The position numbers were made by a program, and so were the translations under genes. This document shows positions 25,100-38,908 of a stretch of 64,000 nucleotides of DNA, in pieces. Within the stretch, counting starts at the first letter, position 1, and each line of letters opens with the position of its first letter. Source of the stretch: Macrostomum hystrix (lineage: Eukaryota > Animalia > Platyhelminthes); assembly GCA_950097015.1 (NCBI GenBank), contig CATNEN010000003.1, positions 9,982,001-10,046,000 on the forward strand, in the 5' to 3' direction. The notes under the pieces were generated by a model. It made no database searches, was not told the DNA's origin, and worked only from the letters and a program-made list of their open reading frames with translations.

Positions 25100-26195
25100 T
25101 CAATGCAGGTCATCGACTCCGTTGACAAAACCGAAGGTAGACGGTCTCTGTCTAAGACTGGGCGTTGTTCTTCGATATCCGAATCGGCCATTGTAGCCTA
25201 TCATTTCGCCACCAGCTGTCATTGTGGGCCTATAACGATCGTAACGCAGCATCCTGGGATCGGGGTGCTCCCACAGACGATGGTCGTGGCCCATGCGCTG
25301 CTCATTTGAGTAGCCTGGTGAAGATAATCAGGTAAAAGACGTACGTATTGGTCGATCGTGTTGGTTAAGCAAAATTAACAATGTTAATACCATTCGGTTG
25401 TCTCAAATTCCTGCCTGATAGGTAGCGAAAGCTGTGACCAGCTGAGTTAAACCAGTCCTGTTTGGCTCCGTCGATGGAGGTTCCGGGAGCTGTCTGCCAA
25501 ATTAATGTTAGCCAGAACGAATGAATATAATAACGGAGAATGAAAACTTACAGATTCGAAGAATCACTAAAAATATACTGCAGCATGATTAATTGAAAAA
25601 AGACGAACTCTATAAAAATGCCCCATAGACAGCCAAATGTGCAGTCGACAGCAGTTATTGCGCGGCGTATCTGAAGACTGTGTACAGTTTTGTGTACAGT
25701 CCATGGCACGCCACACCCACGCCCACCCTCAATTACCCTAGCTGAATAAACTGATGTAAAGTTAAATTTTTTGCTATCAGTCGGGAATCGAACCCCCGAC
25801 ATTAAAGTCCGATGCTCTAATCGTGCATACGTGCAACCGCGAGCAAGCTATTAACGCACTCCTATTCCAAACCGTTGCCTTTGTGTATCATAAATCAACG
25901 GCATAAAAGTACAACTGACTCACCTGTTTATTTCTAGCCAGAGTTTGCTCGACTCCAACGAACTGGAAATACCGCCTAGTGTGAGCATCTTTCTGACCAT
26001 TGTAGGGCGGCAGCGCTGAGCCGTACTTGGGATTGGCCCTAAAAAATTCGTCCGAAATCGATGCCACAGCCACGCAGTCCAGTACGAAGGCCTTCTCGCG
26101 CTGCAGTCGCTCAATAAGGTCGGGCGTCGGTGGCGCTCGGTAAAGTTTATTGTGCCTTGGTGGCAGCAGCTCGCTATACAGTGGAGCCAATTGCC

Positions 26196-26229
<34 letters not shown>

Positions 26230-26385
26230 AAATGATCCTCTTATCGCTGTGGATCGGTCATCGTGTTGGCAGCTGCTCTGCTCGACGCCATTGTACTCCT
26301 CGTCTGTCAGCTGATGCGGCAGTCGACGCCTCTGATGTTGTCTCGTGGATTGTCCCTGTGATCGTGACTCCAGATCTGTTGTCAT
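25100..26385 (-). CDS. C17orf98: C17orf98/SPMAP1-like ciliary or sperm microtubule-associated protein
   Basis: Exons 25924-26385, 25391-25493, 25100-25314. Motifs EKAFVLDCVAV, ALPPYNGQKDAH..YF and GYNGRFGYRRTTPSLRQ match the family as recalled. Poly-Gln N-terminal extension. Confidence 0.8.
25632..25838 (-). mobile_element. SINE family A copy in C17orf98 intron
   Basis: ATGTGCAGTCGACAGCA..GTCGGGAATCGAACCCCCGAC..GCTCTAATC. Confidence 0.65.
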
Positions 26386-26523
26386 GCTAATAGAGCAGAC
26401 AAATACTCGTATTTTACCACACACACAGTAAGGTAAGCTAGGCACGGCATAGCCCACACTGCTGACTTGATGTCCTTGCCTTTCAACCAACTGTTTAGCC
26501 TGCCCTGCATAAAGAATTCAAAT

Positions 26524-26538
26524 GTTGCCAATGGAGAC
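26524..26538. promoter_or_regulatory. X-box-like motif upstream of C17orf98
   Basis: GTTGCCAATGGAGAC, about 140 bp upstream of a ciliary gene. Confidence 0.4.
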
Positions 26539-27510
26539 ACAAATTCTGAGCGATCCTATAGTTAATTATTAATGATTGACATACGAATTAGACCTATAGT
26601 ATTGAATTCTGCATGCAGCCTTATGCAGACAGAGCGTCCATAAGAAAGAACTGCATAAATAAGCCCATGCACTTGTGTTGTAAAATAGATAAAATTATAT
26701 CAGTCTGCATGTCTACATCAGGATCATCATAGCATTCGCCCATCATTCAATTGCCCTCAGTCAAGCGCCTTGATCCCGTTCAAAAGTACTCTTAATTATT
26801 ATCCTAAACCCAGTGCTCTGCATTTACTCAATTTTACTATAAGTTTCGAATCAAGACCCTAAAGTGCATATTTTTATATTTTCATATAAATTGTCTATAG
26901 CCTAGTTGTGCAAATTCTCAAAATCCCAATCCCATCATCCCCGTTTTTCCCCATATATACAGATCATTTAATCAGCGCGCGGCAAGGCTCGCTTGTATAT
27001 ATAGTGGTTGAGAGTCAAGGTCACGACTGAGTAGGAATTTTCCATCATCAATCACGCACTGGGTCCGTGAATTAATTTGACGCTATATGAAAATCTCGGA
27101 ACCTGGCTTAGATCATAGATGCACTCTCTTTAATGTCCCCATATATAGTTCGATCCTTTTAAATTTTGAAACATAACAGCAAATTAGTATCCAATCCTAC
27201 ACGGTAATTCAAATCCACTTCCTCATTGGTAGCCGTTGTACCAAAGTCCATAAGTTCGATTCCGTGTGGCGAGGCCACATTAATTCGGGACGCAGCCATT
27301 GATTTCGTGCAGTTTGCGCCCATGAGGGTCAACCCCCAATTAAGGCTAAGTGAAAATGTGTACTGCGTGACGATGAGAAAATCAGGCCAGATGTGTACAC
27401 CACTGTGAGTGAATTATCGGAGTGCATGATTGTAAAAAAATGCTCTGGATTCAGCGGAATAGGCAGAATGCACCACTTCCCACATCCCACAGCCCACACG
27501 TGCTAAGGGT

Positions 27511-27749
27511 CCAGCTATAGCCAGGGAGGGGGGCGGAAAGGGGGGCCGCGGCGCCCCTAATCTACTGACGAAACTGTGTGGCGCCCTATAGTACGAGTAT
27601 AATGGCGCCCCCTGGTATAGTTGCACGCCCTATATAGTCGTGGCACTGGCTGATACTATGGCTCCCACTGGTACGTTCCATGGCGCTCCCTGATAGTACA
27701 GTAGCGCCCCAAAGGCGCGGCCCCTAGACAAAATCCTGGACACTTGCTG
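27511..27749. mobile_element. Degenerate GC-rich MITE-like element
   Basis: TAGCCAGGGAGGGGGG at the left, CCCCTAG..ATCCTGG at the right, internal GGCGCCC repeats. Confidence 0.35.
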
Positions 27750-28055
27750 CAGCTTGCAGAAATTAATTATAGTAGACTAATATAGTTCTTAATGTTCACG
27801 TTAGTTCAATGAACACCACCTATTCCTTCGATTCTTAGCTTCTCGATTCTCGAGTACTTAGTGTCAGTGAATGAAGTGCATTTTCGGATTGTTTCATTAA
27901 TTTTTTAGTTAAAGCTCACCGCTATACTCATGACGTTTGTCAGTAATGAAGTTTGAACAATTTCAAAATATTAATAAATGCGGAAGAGCAATGTCTGGTT
28001 ATTCTGTTTTACGAGCTAAATTAACGCATTAAATTCACACTGTAATTAACACCCT

Positions 28056-28427
28056 TGTTTTCCAAAAACATCCCGAATATAACATGCAAAAGTTCGCATA
28101 TTTATCCTGCGATAACATGTTACCGTGTTACAGTTACATTATAATTTATTATAAACGTAATAATAAATTAAAAATTAAAAACACAATTTATATTAATGAA
28201 TACTTTCAGCAGCTTGAAATATAAGTCAAAATACTATAGATCGAAATGTAGAAATGTATAGAAATACTATAGAATACTATAGAATACTATAGAAATACAA
28301 TTTATACGTTTGCTTTCACGAATTACTTTCATAGAAATGCTCGCATTCTGTAACACGGTAACATGTTATCGCAGGATAAATATGCGAACTTTTGCATGTT
28401 ATATTCGGGATGTTTTTGAAAAAAACA
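28056..28427. mobile_element. MITE-like fold-back element with a 71-bp perfect inverted repeat
   Basis: 28063-28133 is the exact reverse complement of 28348-28418. AT-rich non-coding interior. Confidence 0.75.
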
Positions 28428-29123
28428 GCCCTCGTAATTAAACTGCACTAATATTACTTATTACATACTCGTACTAAACTATGACATTGATGGGGCTTTT
28501 GAGAAGGGTCTTCGTGTAAGAATATCATATGCGTTAAATACTGGTACGATAGGGCCAATTTTTTATTTGCATCGCTGCATGGCTAGTATTTATTTATGGT
28601 AAAGAAATAATGTTGTTGCGCTTGCGCATGATGCTGTGTCTACATTGTCTACTTTATCTCAGGACTATGCTAGCTAGGCCTATGATCCTAAATTAAAATT
28701 ACACTAGATTTACTTAAATTTTACACAATATTCCGCCATATGCAATGTCAAATAATATAAGCATTAGGGCATATTTCCTATTTTTTGTCAGCAAACAAAT
28801 TATCTAGGCAGGGGCGGCTAGGATTATGGCCTGTCTGGCCTAGGCCCCGGTTACTGTGATGTTGAACAAACACCTAAGCTATTTTTAACACCTTTCAAAG
28901 CCATCTTTTCTGAATCGAGGTATCAATTTCATACATAATAAATTGGCAAATTGCAATCTATGAGTTCCAATTTTAACCAAAAATTTCCCATATCTGTATC
29001 TTCTTATGCATATTTACTTCCTGTCCTTATTAAGGCCAATTGTTGTTATTAGGCCCTATAATCATATATCTGACATAATTGATCATTTGCTATGTTTGTT
29101 TTCACTTATAGGGCCTGTTTGTA

Positions 29124-29569
29124 CGGATCCTAGACACTTCGTCATCTTACAACTTCGTGATCTTACAACTTCGTCATCCACTTGGAAGGTAGGACACTTC
29201 ATCATCCAGCCAATTGGCATGCTTTAAAGTTTGGTCAGTTCGTCATCTACTAATGACAAATAAGCAATCAAGTTTGTCATCAATAAAGTGAGGGTGGGGT
29301 GGTGGGGCAGAGGTGTGAACACACTTCACATCTTAAAATGCCAAAAGAGGTGTCAAAACTGATTTCATTATAAGAGTTGAAAGAAAGGTGCCAACACAAT
29401 GTGAGGAGGTGCAGGGGAGGGGTGGTTCTGTTCTAACTTTGAAAACTTTTGTTTTATAGATGACAAAGTGTCCACAAGTCTAAGTCTCTTTGTCATCCAC
29501 CTTCTGAGATATTGGACAGATCGTCATCTGGATGACGAAGTTGTAAGATGACGAAGTGTCCAGGTACCA
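29124..29569. mobile_element. MITE with about 35-bp TIRs, internal TTCGTCATC sub-repeats and a TTTGTA target duplication
   Basis: Left end CGGATCCTAGACACTTCGTCATCTTACAACTTCGT. Right end (reverse complement) TGGTACCTGGACACTTCGTCATCTTACAACTTCGT. TTTGTA at 29118-29123 and 29570-29575. Confidence 0.75.
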
Positions 29570-30331
29570 TTTGTACTAGGCCCTATGCATATAAATATAC
29601 ATACATACACATACATATATAGCTTACAAGCTAGATAACTTTCTAGTTCATAATTTCTGTAGGCCTAGTTGAACTATGACCAAATCAAAAGTTTTTATTA
29701 TCCTTTGCTTATTGTTATTTTAGCTACTAGGCCTAGCCTTATTATCTTTCATTTGATCTGATAGGCTAACAAAACATCTCAATTTAACACTTTTAGGTAA
29801 AACAAAATAAATATTTCAAAGAATTTTTGGCATATGCAATTTCTTAGAACATCTTTTTAGGTCTATTTGAAAAGCTATTCGTTTTTTTCAGAACACTCTT
29901 TAGGATATATTTTCCAAGACAATCCCACTTAATCAGATTAAGTTTTCTGAGCATATTATTTCTTTGGATTATGATTTTAATTCCTGCATTACTTTCTCAG
30001 AATATGTTTCCAAACAAAATATTTAAAGTAATAATGATTTAAAAAACAATTGTACTTTTTTGTCAGAACTACTTAAAAATTGGGTTAGGTTGCAGGGTGA
30101 AGTGCATTTTACACCATTGAGGACCAAGCTCCAAGGCACAGTGACAATGAGAAAGTCAGGGCAGATGAGTATACAAAGAATGTGTGTATGCTCAGGAGTC
30201 AGCAGAATGGGCAGAATAGGCCTAGCCTCCTTGCTGGCTGTAGGTCTAGTGTCACCTAATTATAATATTGTATACCAGTGCTGACAGCCCATCTGAAATC
30301 ATTTTTTAGAGGTTGCACTATAAAAAACCTA

Positions 30332-31750
30332 ATGAAAAACTTTCAGGCGGCCCAACACACTCGCGTACTGATCACTGGCGCCTCCGGCCTACTTGGCCGA
30401 GCTGTCAATCACGAGCTGCAGCTGCACAAGGAACAATTCGAAACATTGGGCCTCTGCTTCTCTCGTCCAATCGAAGGCCTGACACAGTGCGATCTGACTT
30501 CCATTGAAGACACTCTGGGCATTGTGACACAGTTCAAGCCGCATCTCATTGTGCATTGCGCTGCTGAGCGCCGCCCTGACATTGTCGAGCGACAGCCAGA
30601 GAGGGCAAAGCAGCTCAACGATGGCGCCACCGAGCGGTTGTGTCAGCTGGCTGAAGAGGTCGGCGCTGTCTTGCTATTCATCAGCACCGACTATGTGTTC
30701 GATGGCAAAAATCCGCCTTACGCCGAGGATAGCAAGCCGTCACCGTTGAATGCTTACGGCGAGAGTAAGGCTAGGTAAGGCGATTGAGCTGTGCTCATTC
30801 ATAATCTGGGGTGTGCTCATTCATAATCTACTGGAGTGTGCTCATTCATAATCTACTGGAGTGTGCTCATTCATAATCTACTGGAGTGTGCTCATTCATA
30901 ATCTGGGGTGTGCTCATTCATAATCTACTGGAGTGTGCTCATTCATAATCTACTGGAGTGTGCTCATTCATAATCTACTGGAGTGTGCTCATTCATAATC
31001 TACTGGGGTGTGCTCATTCATAATCTACTGGAGTGTGCTCATTCATAATCTACTGGGGTGTGCTCATTCATAATCTACTGGAGTGTGCTCATTCATAATC
31101 TACTGGAGTGTGCTCATTCATAATCTACTGGAGTGTGCTCATTCATAATCTACTGGGGTGTGCTCATTCATAATCTACTGGAGTGTGCTCATTCATAATC
31201 TACTAAAGTGTGCTCATCCATAATCTCCTACCAAAGAGTGCTCATTCATAATCTACTGGAGCGTGCTTATCTTTCCAGGTGTGAGCAGGAGGTACTTCGC
31301 CGTCCCCGCAACCTAGTTCTGCGTGTGCCAGTTCTCTACGGCGAGACAGCGGACGTGAATGAGTCAGCTGTCACTTGCCTGTTCACCCTGGTGAAGGCTA
31401 GAGTACCATGCTTATTAGATCACATAGCTAAGCGTTATCCAACCCATTGCGCTGATGTAGCCAATGTCATTCGTGACCTGTCAATTAGCCTGAGTCGCAT
31501 TCCAGGTGGAGTGTATCATTTCAGCGCCAACGAATGCATGACCAAGTATGAGATTGGTCTAGCCATGGGCCGTGTGTTTGGCTTGCCTACTGAGCACGTC
31601 GCACCCCAGATTGGGCCAGATCCCAGTGCCACGATGCGCCCAGTCGATGCTCATCTCACATGCAACAAGCTAGAATCTATTCTTGGCGGCTCTCTGAACT
31701 GTCGACCATTTGAAGATGGCATCAAGCAGTGCCTAGCCAAGTTTGTTTAA
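30332..31750 (+). CDS. MAT2B: Methionine adenosyltransferase II beta subunit (RmlD-like SDR)
   Basis: Exons 30332-30774 and 31279-31750. Motifs VLITGASGLLG, HCAAERRPD, ISTDYVFDG, YGESK, LRVPVLYG, RYPTH. Confidence 0.9.
30790..31260. repeat. 25-bp minisatellite filling the MAT2B intron
   Basis: GTGTGCTCATTCATAATCTACTGGA, about 19 copies. Confidence 0.95.
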
Positions 31751-32349
31751 CAATTGGCTTAAAAGCTTTGAGGAATAATAGTCTAGAAGCTTTATAGTGA
31801 CCAAAATCATTATCGTTTTTTCCTAGCAACTCTCCATTCTCTCGGCCAAACGTGCAAAACACAAAAAACGTGACGAAAGTTTCTCATGAAGTGCTTTTTC
31901 ACTTTTTATCACCAATCCACTATTTACACCACTATCTAATTGTTTATCTACGAGTATATTTATTACACAAATCGTTGGTTCGCGTTTGTTATCGGCCATC
32001 AAATACGTAGCTAAAAATCACACATTTAACACATTAAACCGGTAAAGGAAATTTATATTTCCCATTTTTCAATTATTTTTTTGTAAGAAATCCAACAGCT
32101 TTTTCTTAATAAAATATTCTGTAATTCCAGTGATCTGGTAGAAAAGCTTGAAAATAATATTCAGCATTATCTAGCCATTGATAAACAAATGAAATCATGC
32201 AAAACTATATCTTCGATTCTCATGTTTTCAATCTTGGCTGGCAATAGAAACTTGTAGTTTGGCAGTTTATTTCCGTTATTGATATTGATAAATTGGCTAA
32301 GCCTAAATGTCTTGTACTTATTTTTTTATCATTATTTTTGCATCTGGCT

Positions 32350-32565
32350 TGGGTTGGGTGTTCGAACGGTCTAACGCTTTTGTCTCTCTTACTAAGGCCG
32401 TGAGCTCGAATCCGCAGCGAGGCCACAATAAATTGGGGCGCAGCCGCGGAGAGAAGGCTTGGCGGCTGATATTGCAATTTACGCCTTTGAAGGCCAATCT
32501 CCGAGGTACAGTGAGAGTGTACAGTGTCTGAAGATGAGAAAGTCAGGGCAGATGTACACCTGTGT
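32350..32565 (+). mobile_element. SINE family B (3' truncated); further fragments at 18009-18108, 24830-24911, 27236-27478, 30095-30260
   Basis: GAGCTCGAATCCGCAGCGAGGCCAC..GATGAGAAAGTCAGGGCAGATGTACAC. Confidence 0.7.
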
Positions 32566-32654
32566 GGTGCTTAAGAATATGGAGCCAGTGGAATGAGCAG
32601 AATCCGAAAATGTATTGTATATCTTCAGGTGCCTGTAATTGCCACCCTTGTTTT

Positions 32655-33230
32655 ACAGGTGTCATATATCTCCACTCTAATCCTTCAGGTGTCATATATC
32701 CCCACTCCAATCCTTCAGGTCTCATATATCCCCAGTCTAATTCTTCAGGTGTCATATCTCCACTCTAATCCTTCAGGTGTCATATCTCCACTCTAATCCT
32801 TCAGGTGTCATATCTCCACTCTAATCCTTCAGGTGTCATATCTCCACTCTAATCCTTCAGGTGTCATATCTCCAGTCTAATCCTTCAGGTGTCATATCTC
32901 CACTCTAATCCTTCAGGTGTCATATATCACCACTCTAATCCTTCAGGTGTCATATATCACCAGTCTAATCCTTCAGGTGTCATATCTCCACTCTAATCCT
33001 TCAGGTGTCATATATCACCAGTCTAATCCTTCAGGTGTCATATATCCCCAGTCTAATCCTTCAGGTGTCATATATCTCCACCCTAATCCTTCAGGTGTCA
33101 TTTGTCATTCTGGTGTCATATTTCTCTCCTAATCCTTAGGTGTCATTCATTTCTACCCTAATCCCTAGGTGTCATGCATTTCTACCCTAATCCCTAGGTG
33201 TCATTCATTTCTACCCTAATCCTTCAGCTG
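32655..33230. repeat. 28-30-bp minisatellite between the MAT2B and sirtuin 3' ends
   Basis: TCAGGTGTCATATCTCCACTCTAATCCT units. Confidence 0.93.
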
Positions 33231-33497
33231 TCATTCCCTAAGCCTTCAGGAGTAATTTCTACCCAAAATTCTTTAGGTGTCAAACGTCAACCTACATTTT
33301 TAGTTTAAGGCAAGTTTTCAGAAGCATTCAGTGGTCAGATCGAGCTGATCATATCATGTATTAAAAATAGCGTTTTAATTAATTGAAAATTAAATTAAAA
33401 TGTTGTCGAAAAAAGTCAGAATAGCTATTATAAAGGCAGAAACGTAAGAAATAAGTGTTAGGAGCAACAGTAAGTAAAAAAAGTCCGATTGCTCAAA

Positions 33498-36400
33498 TCA
33501 CAGTCCCTCGCGGCTCCACTGACTGAGCTGCGGATCGTACAGCATCACAATTGGCTGCTGAGTATATTGACACGGCTCCTGCAAGCTCAATGTCAAGCTA
33601 TAGTTCGGCTCTCCGTAGTGACCCATGAAGGTCATGTCTAGAATCACCTGGCAGGGCAGTTGCTGAAGGCCAACATCGAAACTTGTAGCCTGAGCGCAGG
33701 TGTGATTGTCGAACTCAGCCAGACAGGATTTTGTTGATCTCATATTCTTATCTTCGGTAGTCTGAACTAGCTGTCTAACTGTCAGACGTTGGAATACTGT
33801 TGCTGGGGTGTTGTCCACTTCTACACAGGCGAAACTGGCCATGGCCTGCTGATCTCTATGACCGATTACTACGCGAAGTCGACGCTGCAGACGCCAGGCG
33901 GGCACGTCAACACCGAGGCGTTGACAGACGCGAGTCATGAGCTGGTCAGTGCGGCCGAATATACGAAGACTGCACAGCCGATCTAAGGGAGTGGTCTGAC
34001 AGGGGTCAGGGATGGTGTCTGATCTCTTGTCATCAACTCTGATCTCTCTTGTAAGCTCCCCTTGTCCGGCTACTTTGTCTAGCCATTTCTTCCCGTCATC
34101 CCTTATCATTTCTCCCGTCATCCCTTATCATTTCTCCCGTCATCCCTTATCATTTCTTCCCGTCATCCCTTATCATTTCTCCTGTCATCTCATCAATTCT
34201 CCTGCCAATCTCTAATCATTTCTCCTGTCATCTCTCATCATTTCTCCTGTCATCTCTTATCAATTCTCCTGTCATCCCTTATCATTTCTCCTGTCATCTC
34301 TCATGATTTCTCCTGTCATCTCTTATCAATTCTCCTGTCATCCCTTATCATTTCTCCTGTCATCTTTTATCATTTCTCCTGTCATCTCTTATCAATTCTC
34401 CTGTCATCTCTCATCATTTCTCCTGTCATCTCTTATCATTTCTCCTGTCATCTCTTATCAATTCTCCTGTCATCTCTCATCATTTCTCCTGTCATCTCTC
34501 ATCATTTCTCCTGTCATCTCTTATCAATGCGCCTGTCATCCCTTATCATTTCTCCTGTCATCCCTTATCGATTCTCCTGTCATCTCTCATCATCTCTCCT
34601 GTCATCTCTTATCAATTCTCCTGTCATCTCTTATCAATTCTCCTGTCATCTCTAATTATTTCTCCTGTCATCTCATTAATTCTCCTGCCAATCTCTTATC
34701 AATTCTCCTGTCATTTCTTATCAATTCTCCTGTCATCTCTCATCATTTCTCCTGTCATCTCTTATCAATTCTCCTGTCATCTCTTATCAATTCTCCTGTC
34801 ATCTCTCATCATCTCTCCTGTCATCTCTTATCAATTCTCCTGTCATCTCTCATCATCTCTCCTGTCATCTCTTATCAATTCTCCTGTCATCTCTTATCAA
34901 TTCTCCTGTCATCCCTTATCATTTCTCCTGTCATCTCTTATCAATTCTCCTGTCATCTCTTATCATTTCTCCTGTCATCTCTTATCAATTCTCCTGTCAT
35001 CTCTCATCATTTCTCCTGTCATCTCTCATCATCTCTCCTGTCATCTCTTATCAATGCGCCAGTCATCCCTTATCATTTCTCCTGTCATCCCTTATCGATT
35101 CTCCTGTCATCCCTTATCATTTCTCCTGTCATCTCTTATCATTTCTCCTGTCATCTCTTATCAATTCTCCTGTCATCTCTCATCATTTCTCCTGTCATCT
35201 CTCATCATCTCTCCTGTCATCCCTTATCGATTCTCCTGTCATCTCTCATCATCTCTCCTGTCATCTCTTATCAATTCTCCTGTCATCTCTTATCAATTCT
35301 CCTGTCATCTCTAATCATTTCTCCTGTCATCTCATCAATTCTCCTGCCAATCTCTAATCATTTCTCATGTCATTTCTCATCATTTCTCCTGTCATCTCTT
35401 ATCAATGCGCCTGTCATCCCTTATCATTTCTCCTGTCATCCCTTATCGATTCTCCTGTCATCTCTCATCATCTCTCCTGTCATCTCTTATCAATTCTCCT
35501 GTCATCTCTTATCAATTCTCCTGTCATCCCTTATCATTTCTCCTGTCATCTCTTATCAATTCTCCTGTCATCTCTCATCATTTCTCCTGTCATCTCTTAT
35601 CAATTCTCCTGTCATCTCTTATCAGTTCTCCTGTCATCTCTCATCATCTCTCCTGTCATCTCTTATCAATTCTCCTGTCATCTCTTATCAATTCTCCCGT
35701 CATCCCTTATCATTTCTCCCGTCATCTCTTATCAATTCTCCTGCCCATCTCTAATCATTTCTCCTGTCATCTCATCAATTCTCCTGCCAATCTCTAATCA
35801 TTTCTCCTGTCATCTCTCATCATTTCTCCTGTCATCTCATCAATTCTCCTGCCAATCTCTAATCATTTCTCCTGTCATCTCTCATCATTTCTCCTGTCAT
35901 CTCTTATCAATTCTCCTGTCATCCCTTATCATTTCTCCTGTCATCTCTCATCATTTCTCCTGTCATCTCTCATCATTTCTCCTGTCATCTCTCATCATTT
36001 CTCCTGTCATCTCTCATCATTTCTCCTGTCATCTCTTATCAATGCGCCTGTCATCCCTTATCATTTCTCCTGTCATCCCTTATCGATTCTCCTGTCATCT
36101 CTCATCATCTCTCCTGTCATCTCTTATCAATTCTCCTGCCCATCTCTCATCATTTCTCCTGTAATCTCTCATCATTTCTCCTGTCATCTCTTATCAATGC
36201 GCCTGTCATCCCTTATCAATTCTCCTGCCAATCTCTAATCATTTCTCCTGTCATCTCTCATAATTTCTCCTGTCATCTCTTATCAATGCGCCTGTCATCT
36301 CTCATAATTTCTCCTGTCATCTCTTATCAATTCTCCTGTCATCTCTTATCAATTCTCCTGTCATCTCTTATCAATTTTCCTGTCATCTCTCATAATTTCT

Positions 36401-38090
36401 CTTGTCATCTCTCATCATTTCTCCTGTCATCCCTTATCAATGCGCCTGTCATCCCTTATCAATTATCCTGTCATCTCTCATCATTTCTCCTGTCATCTCT
36501 TATCAATTCTCGTGTCATCTCATCTAAATTGCTCTCATATATCTTCCAATCTCATTAGAAATTGTCTGTGGCATGTGTCACAACCCATCACTGTCTATTC
36601 GGGTCTCACCTGCAGATTGCAGATGACCAATTTGGCGCCATGTTTGGCCCCCTCCTCGGGCATGTTGGCAGCCGGTGTGACAGTCAGGGAGGAGCCCAGA
36701 CACAGCACCAGATCAGCCGAATTGCAGTGCTCAAATCCCATCTCCATGGGTTTCTGAGGCAGAGATTCGCCGAAATTCACCACGCTGTCCAACAGCGGAC
36801 CTCGGCACGCCGGACAAGCCCTTCCAGTCCTGTGCTCGTGTACGTGTCCGCCCGTGCGCACGTGAAAATCTCGCAGATATTGTCGCTTACAGTTGGCGCA
36901 AAACTCCAGATTTGTGTTGCCATGCAGTTCGGCCAGTTTGTCAGGCGGAAAGCCGGACCTGCGGTGCAGGCCGTCACAGTTCTGACTAATTAGCAGCTTC
37001 AGATAGCCGGTTGACTCCAAGGCCACCAGAGCCATGTGGGTCGGTGTTGGCAAGGCGCTGGTTGTGCTGACTCCGCGCGGGGCCTCCCGGCCCTGGGCCC
37101 GCCTCGTCCAGACGCCGTCTGGTCCGCGAAAGTCCGGAATGCCTGCCGCGGATTGTTAATTGATGGATTTATGATCATTCACAATGTGATTAAAAGCTCG
37201 TTCACATTACCGGGAGGCTGAGACGCACGATTTTACACTATTTTAAATGACCGTTCATTCAGATAATAATTGATTACACCTGTCACAATCGAAACAGATG
37301 TGAGGCAGCTATTGCGCGGCGCATCTGAAGGCTGCGTACGGCTGCTCCAGTCCATGGACACAACCACTCTCAATTATCCCCAGTTAATGCTGGTTCCCAT
37401 TTAACAGCTGGGTAAACTTTAGCAACGCAGAGTTAAGTGTCTTGCTAAAAGACACAAATTGGTCCAGTGGAGTCCGGAATCGAACCCTCGACCTTCAAGT
37501 CGTTAGTCAGACGCTCTAACCACTTGGCTACAATCCCCTGGACTGACTACACAGTCAGTCCGTGGACTGTGTAGGGGGGGACGCCACGTCCACCCGAATT
37601 TCTACTCCAGCTGATATTCCAGTGGAGTCGGGAATCGAACCTCCGACCTTCAAGTCGTGAGTCTGAGGCTCTAACCACTATAAGCTACAACATCAAATAC
37701 ATGCATACAAAAACGAGTTATTAGAATGCAGCGTTAACGAACGCCTTTAACGCGTCAGACTCACACGCAACAAAGGCCCTGAGCTCGATTCCGCAGCGAG
37801 GCCACATTCAGCAGCGGAGTGGAAGAGAAGGCTTGGGGACTTGTTGTGCAATTCAAGCCCATCTTGAACCCTCAATAGTGAAACCTCCAGTAATTTTATG
37901 TTTTGAAACATATCGGCAAAAGAAAATATGATTTACCAGCCGAAGTGCTAATACCAGCGCCAGTAAATGCCACAAAGTGCTTTGAATTGCGTATCATTTC
38001 TGCCAGCTGATCGGCCTGCTTATTGAGAACCTCATCGGTTGAGTCGCGTTCTCTCAACTGCTCAGGATCTGTGTGAGCACTGAATGCCAT
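33498..38090 (-). CDS. Class IV (SIRT6/SIRT7-type) NAD-dependent sirtuin, about 394 aa
   Basis: Exons 37937-38090, 36610-37142, 33498-33995. Motifs [39 protein letters not shown], ELHGN, CxxC..CxxC, LGSSL, ICNLQTTPLD. Confidence 0.9.
34083..36525. repeat. About 22-bp pyrimidine-rich minisatellite (2.4 kb) in sirtuin intron 2
   Basis: TCATTTCTCCTGTCATCTCTTA variants, more than 100 copies. Confidence 0.97.
37262..37880. mobile_element. SINE cluster filling sirtuin intron 1 (two family A copies on minus, one family B head on plus)
   Basis: 37262-37537 and 37550-37692 match family A in reverse. 37750-37880 (CCCTGAGCTCGATTCCGCAGCGAGGCCAC) matches family B. Confidence 0.7.
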
Positions 38091-38908
38091 GTCTGCGGCT
38101 TTGTCAGTTCGTTGCTTGCTATGGTGGCTATACTTGATTTTATTTGAGTTCTCAAGCCCTTTGCTCTCAGCGCTGTCCCTACCCTAGTAAATAAATAGGG
38201 CTCTGCGTGGCCATTGCGCCAGTGTGAGTCAGTCCTCGCGTCCACGTAGCTAATGCGTAATTTTCTTATACACGCCAAGCCAAAGAGATAGACAGGGAAA
38301 TAATGTGTACACTTATGGCTATTTTTAGAATTGCTGGCTGTGCATCATAAACCCATGTACTCTACTCACCTGTATAGACAAGGCAGGTAACCGTTTCTCT
38401 TGCTTAATCTCACTCAAACATAGGTTTAAAAGAGTCGCGCTTAAAGACGAAAAATATTTTGCGTGGTCTGGGAATCGAACTCCCGACCTCCAGGTCTATA
38501 ATTTTCTCTGCATCATTCTCAATACAGATTTCGATTATATGTTCTAAATACCCAAGAAAATAATAGAGAAATTTGAGAATAGAATAATAGAAAATGAAAA
38601 TGTGGGCCAGTTTGTGTACAACTATACAGTCCGTGGACTGGGTGCTTATTTTAGGCTGAGGTTCGAACTCTGGACCTCTGGGTCTAGAATATAAAACTGA
38701 AGGTACCGCGAGGTACCTAAAAACTGGTGAAAAAAACACTTTTAACGTAATGAATTCAAATCACATAAAAAATCGTAATTTCAGAATTTCTATTTCGAAT
38801 TATGAACTCATGTAGCCGATAATTAAAATTTGCCGATATGTATCGAAATAAACAAATAAGCAAAGCTACAGTTAGTAAAAGTCTTCATGATCAAAAGACA
38901 CACAGGGC

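Noticed and set aside
34303-36558. Long ORFs (up to 483 aa) in the sirtuin intron, and similar ORFs at 11126-12426, 42753-43483, 44202-44837, 55962-56459, 57403-58089, 60647-61256
   Set aside because: They are translations of stop-free minisatellites lying in introns or spacers, with periodic low-complexity peptides in several frames.
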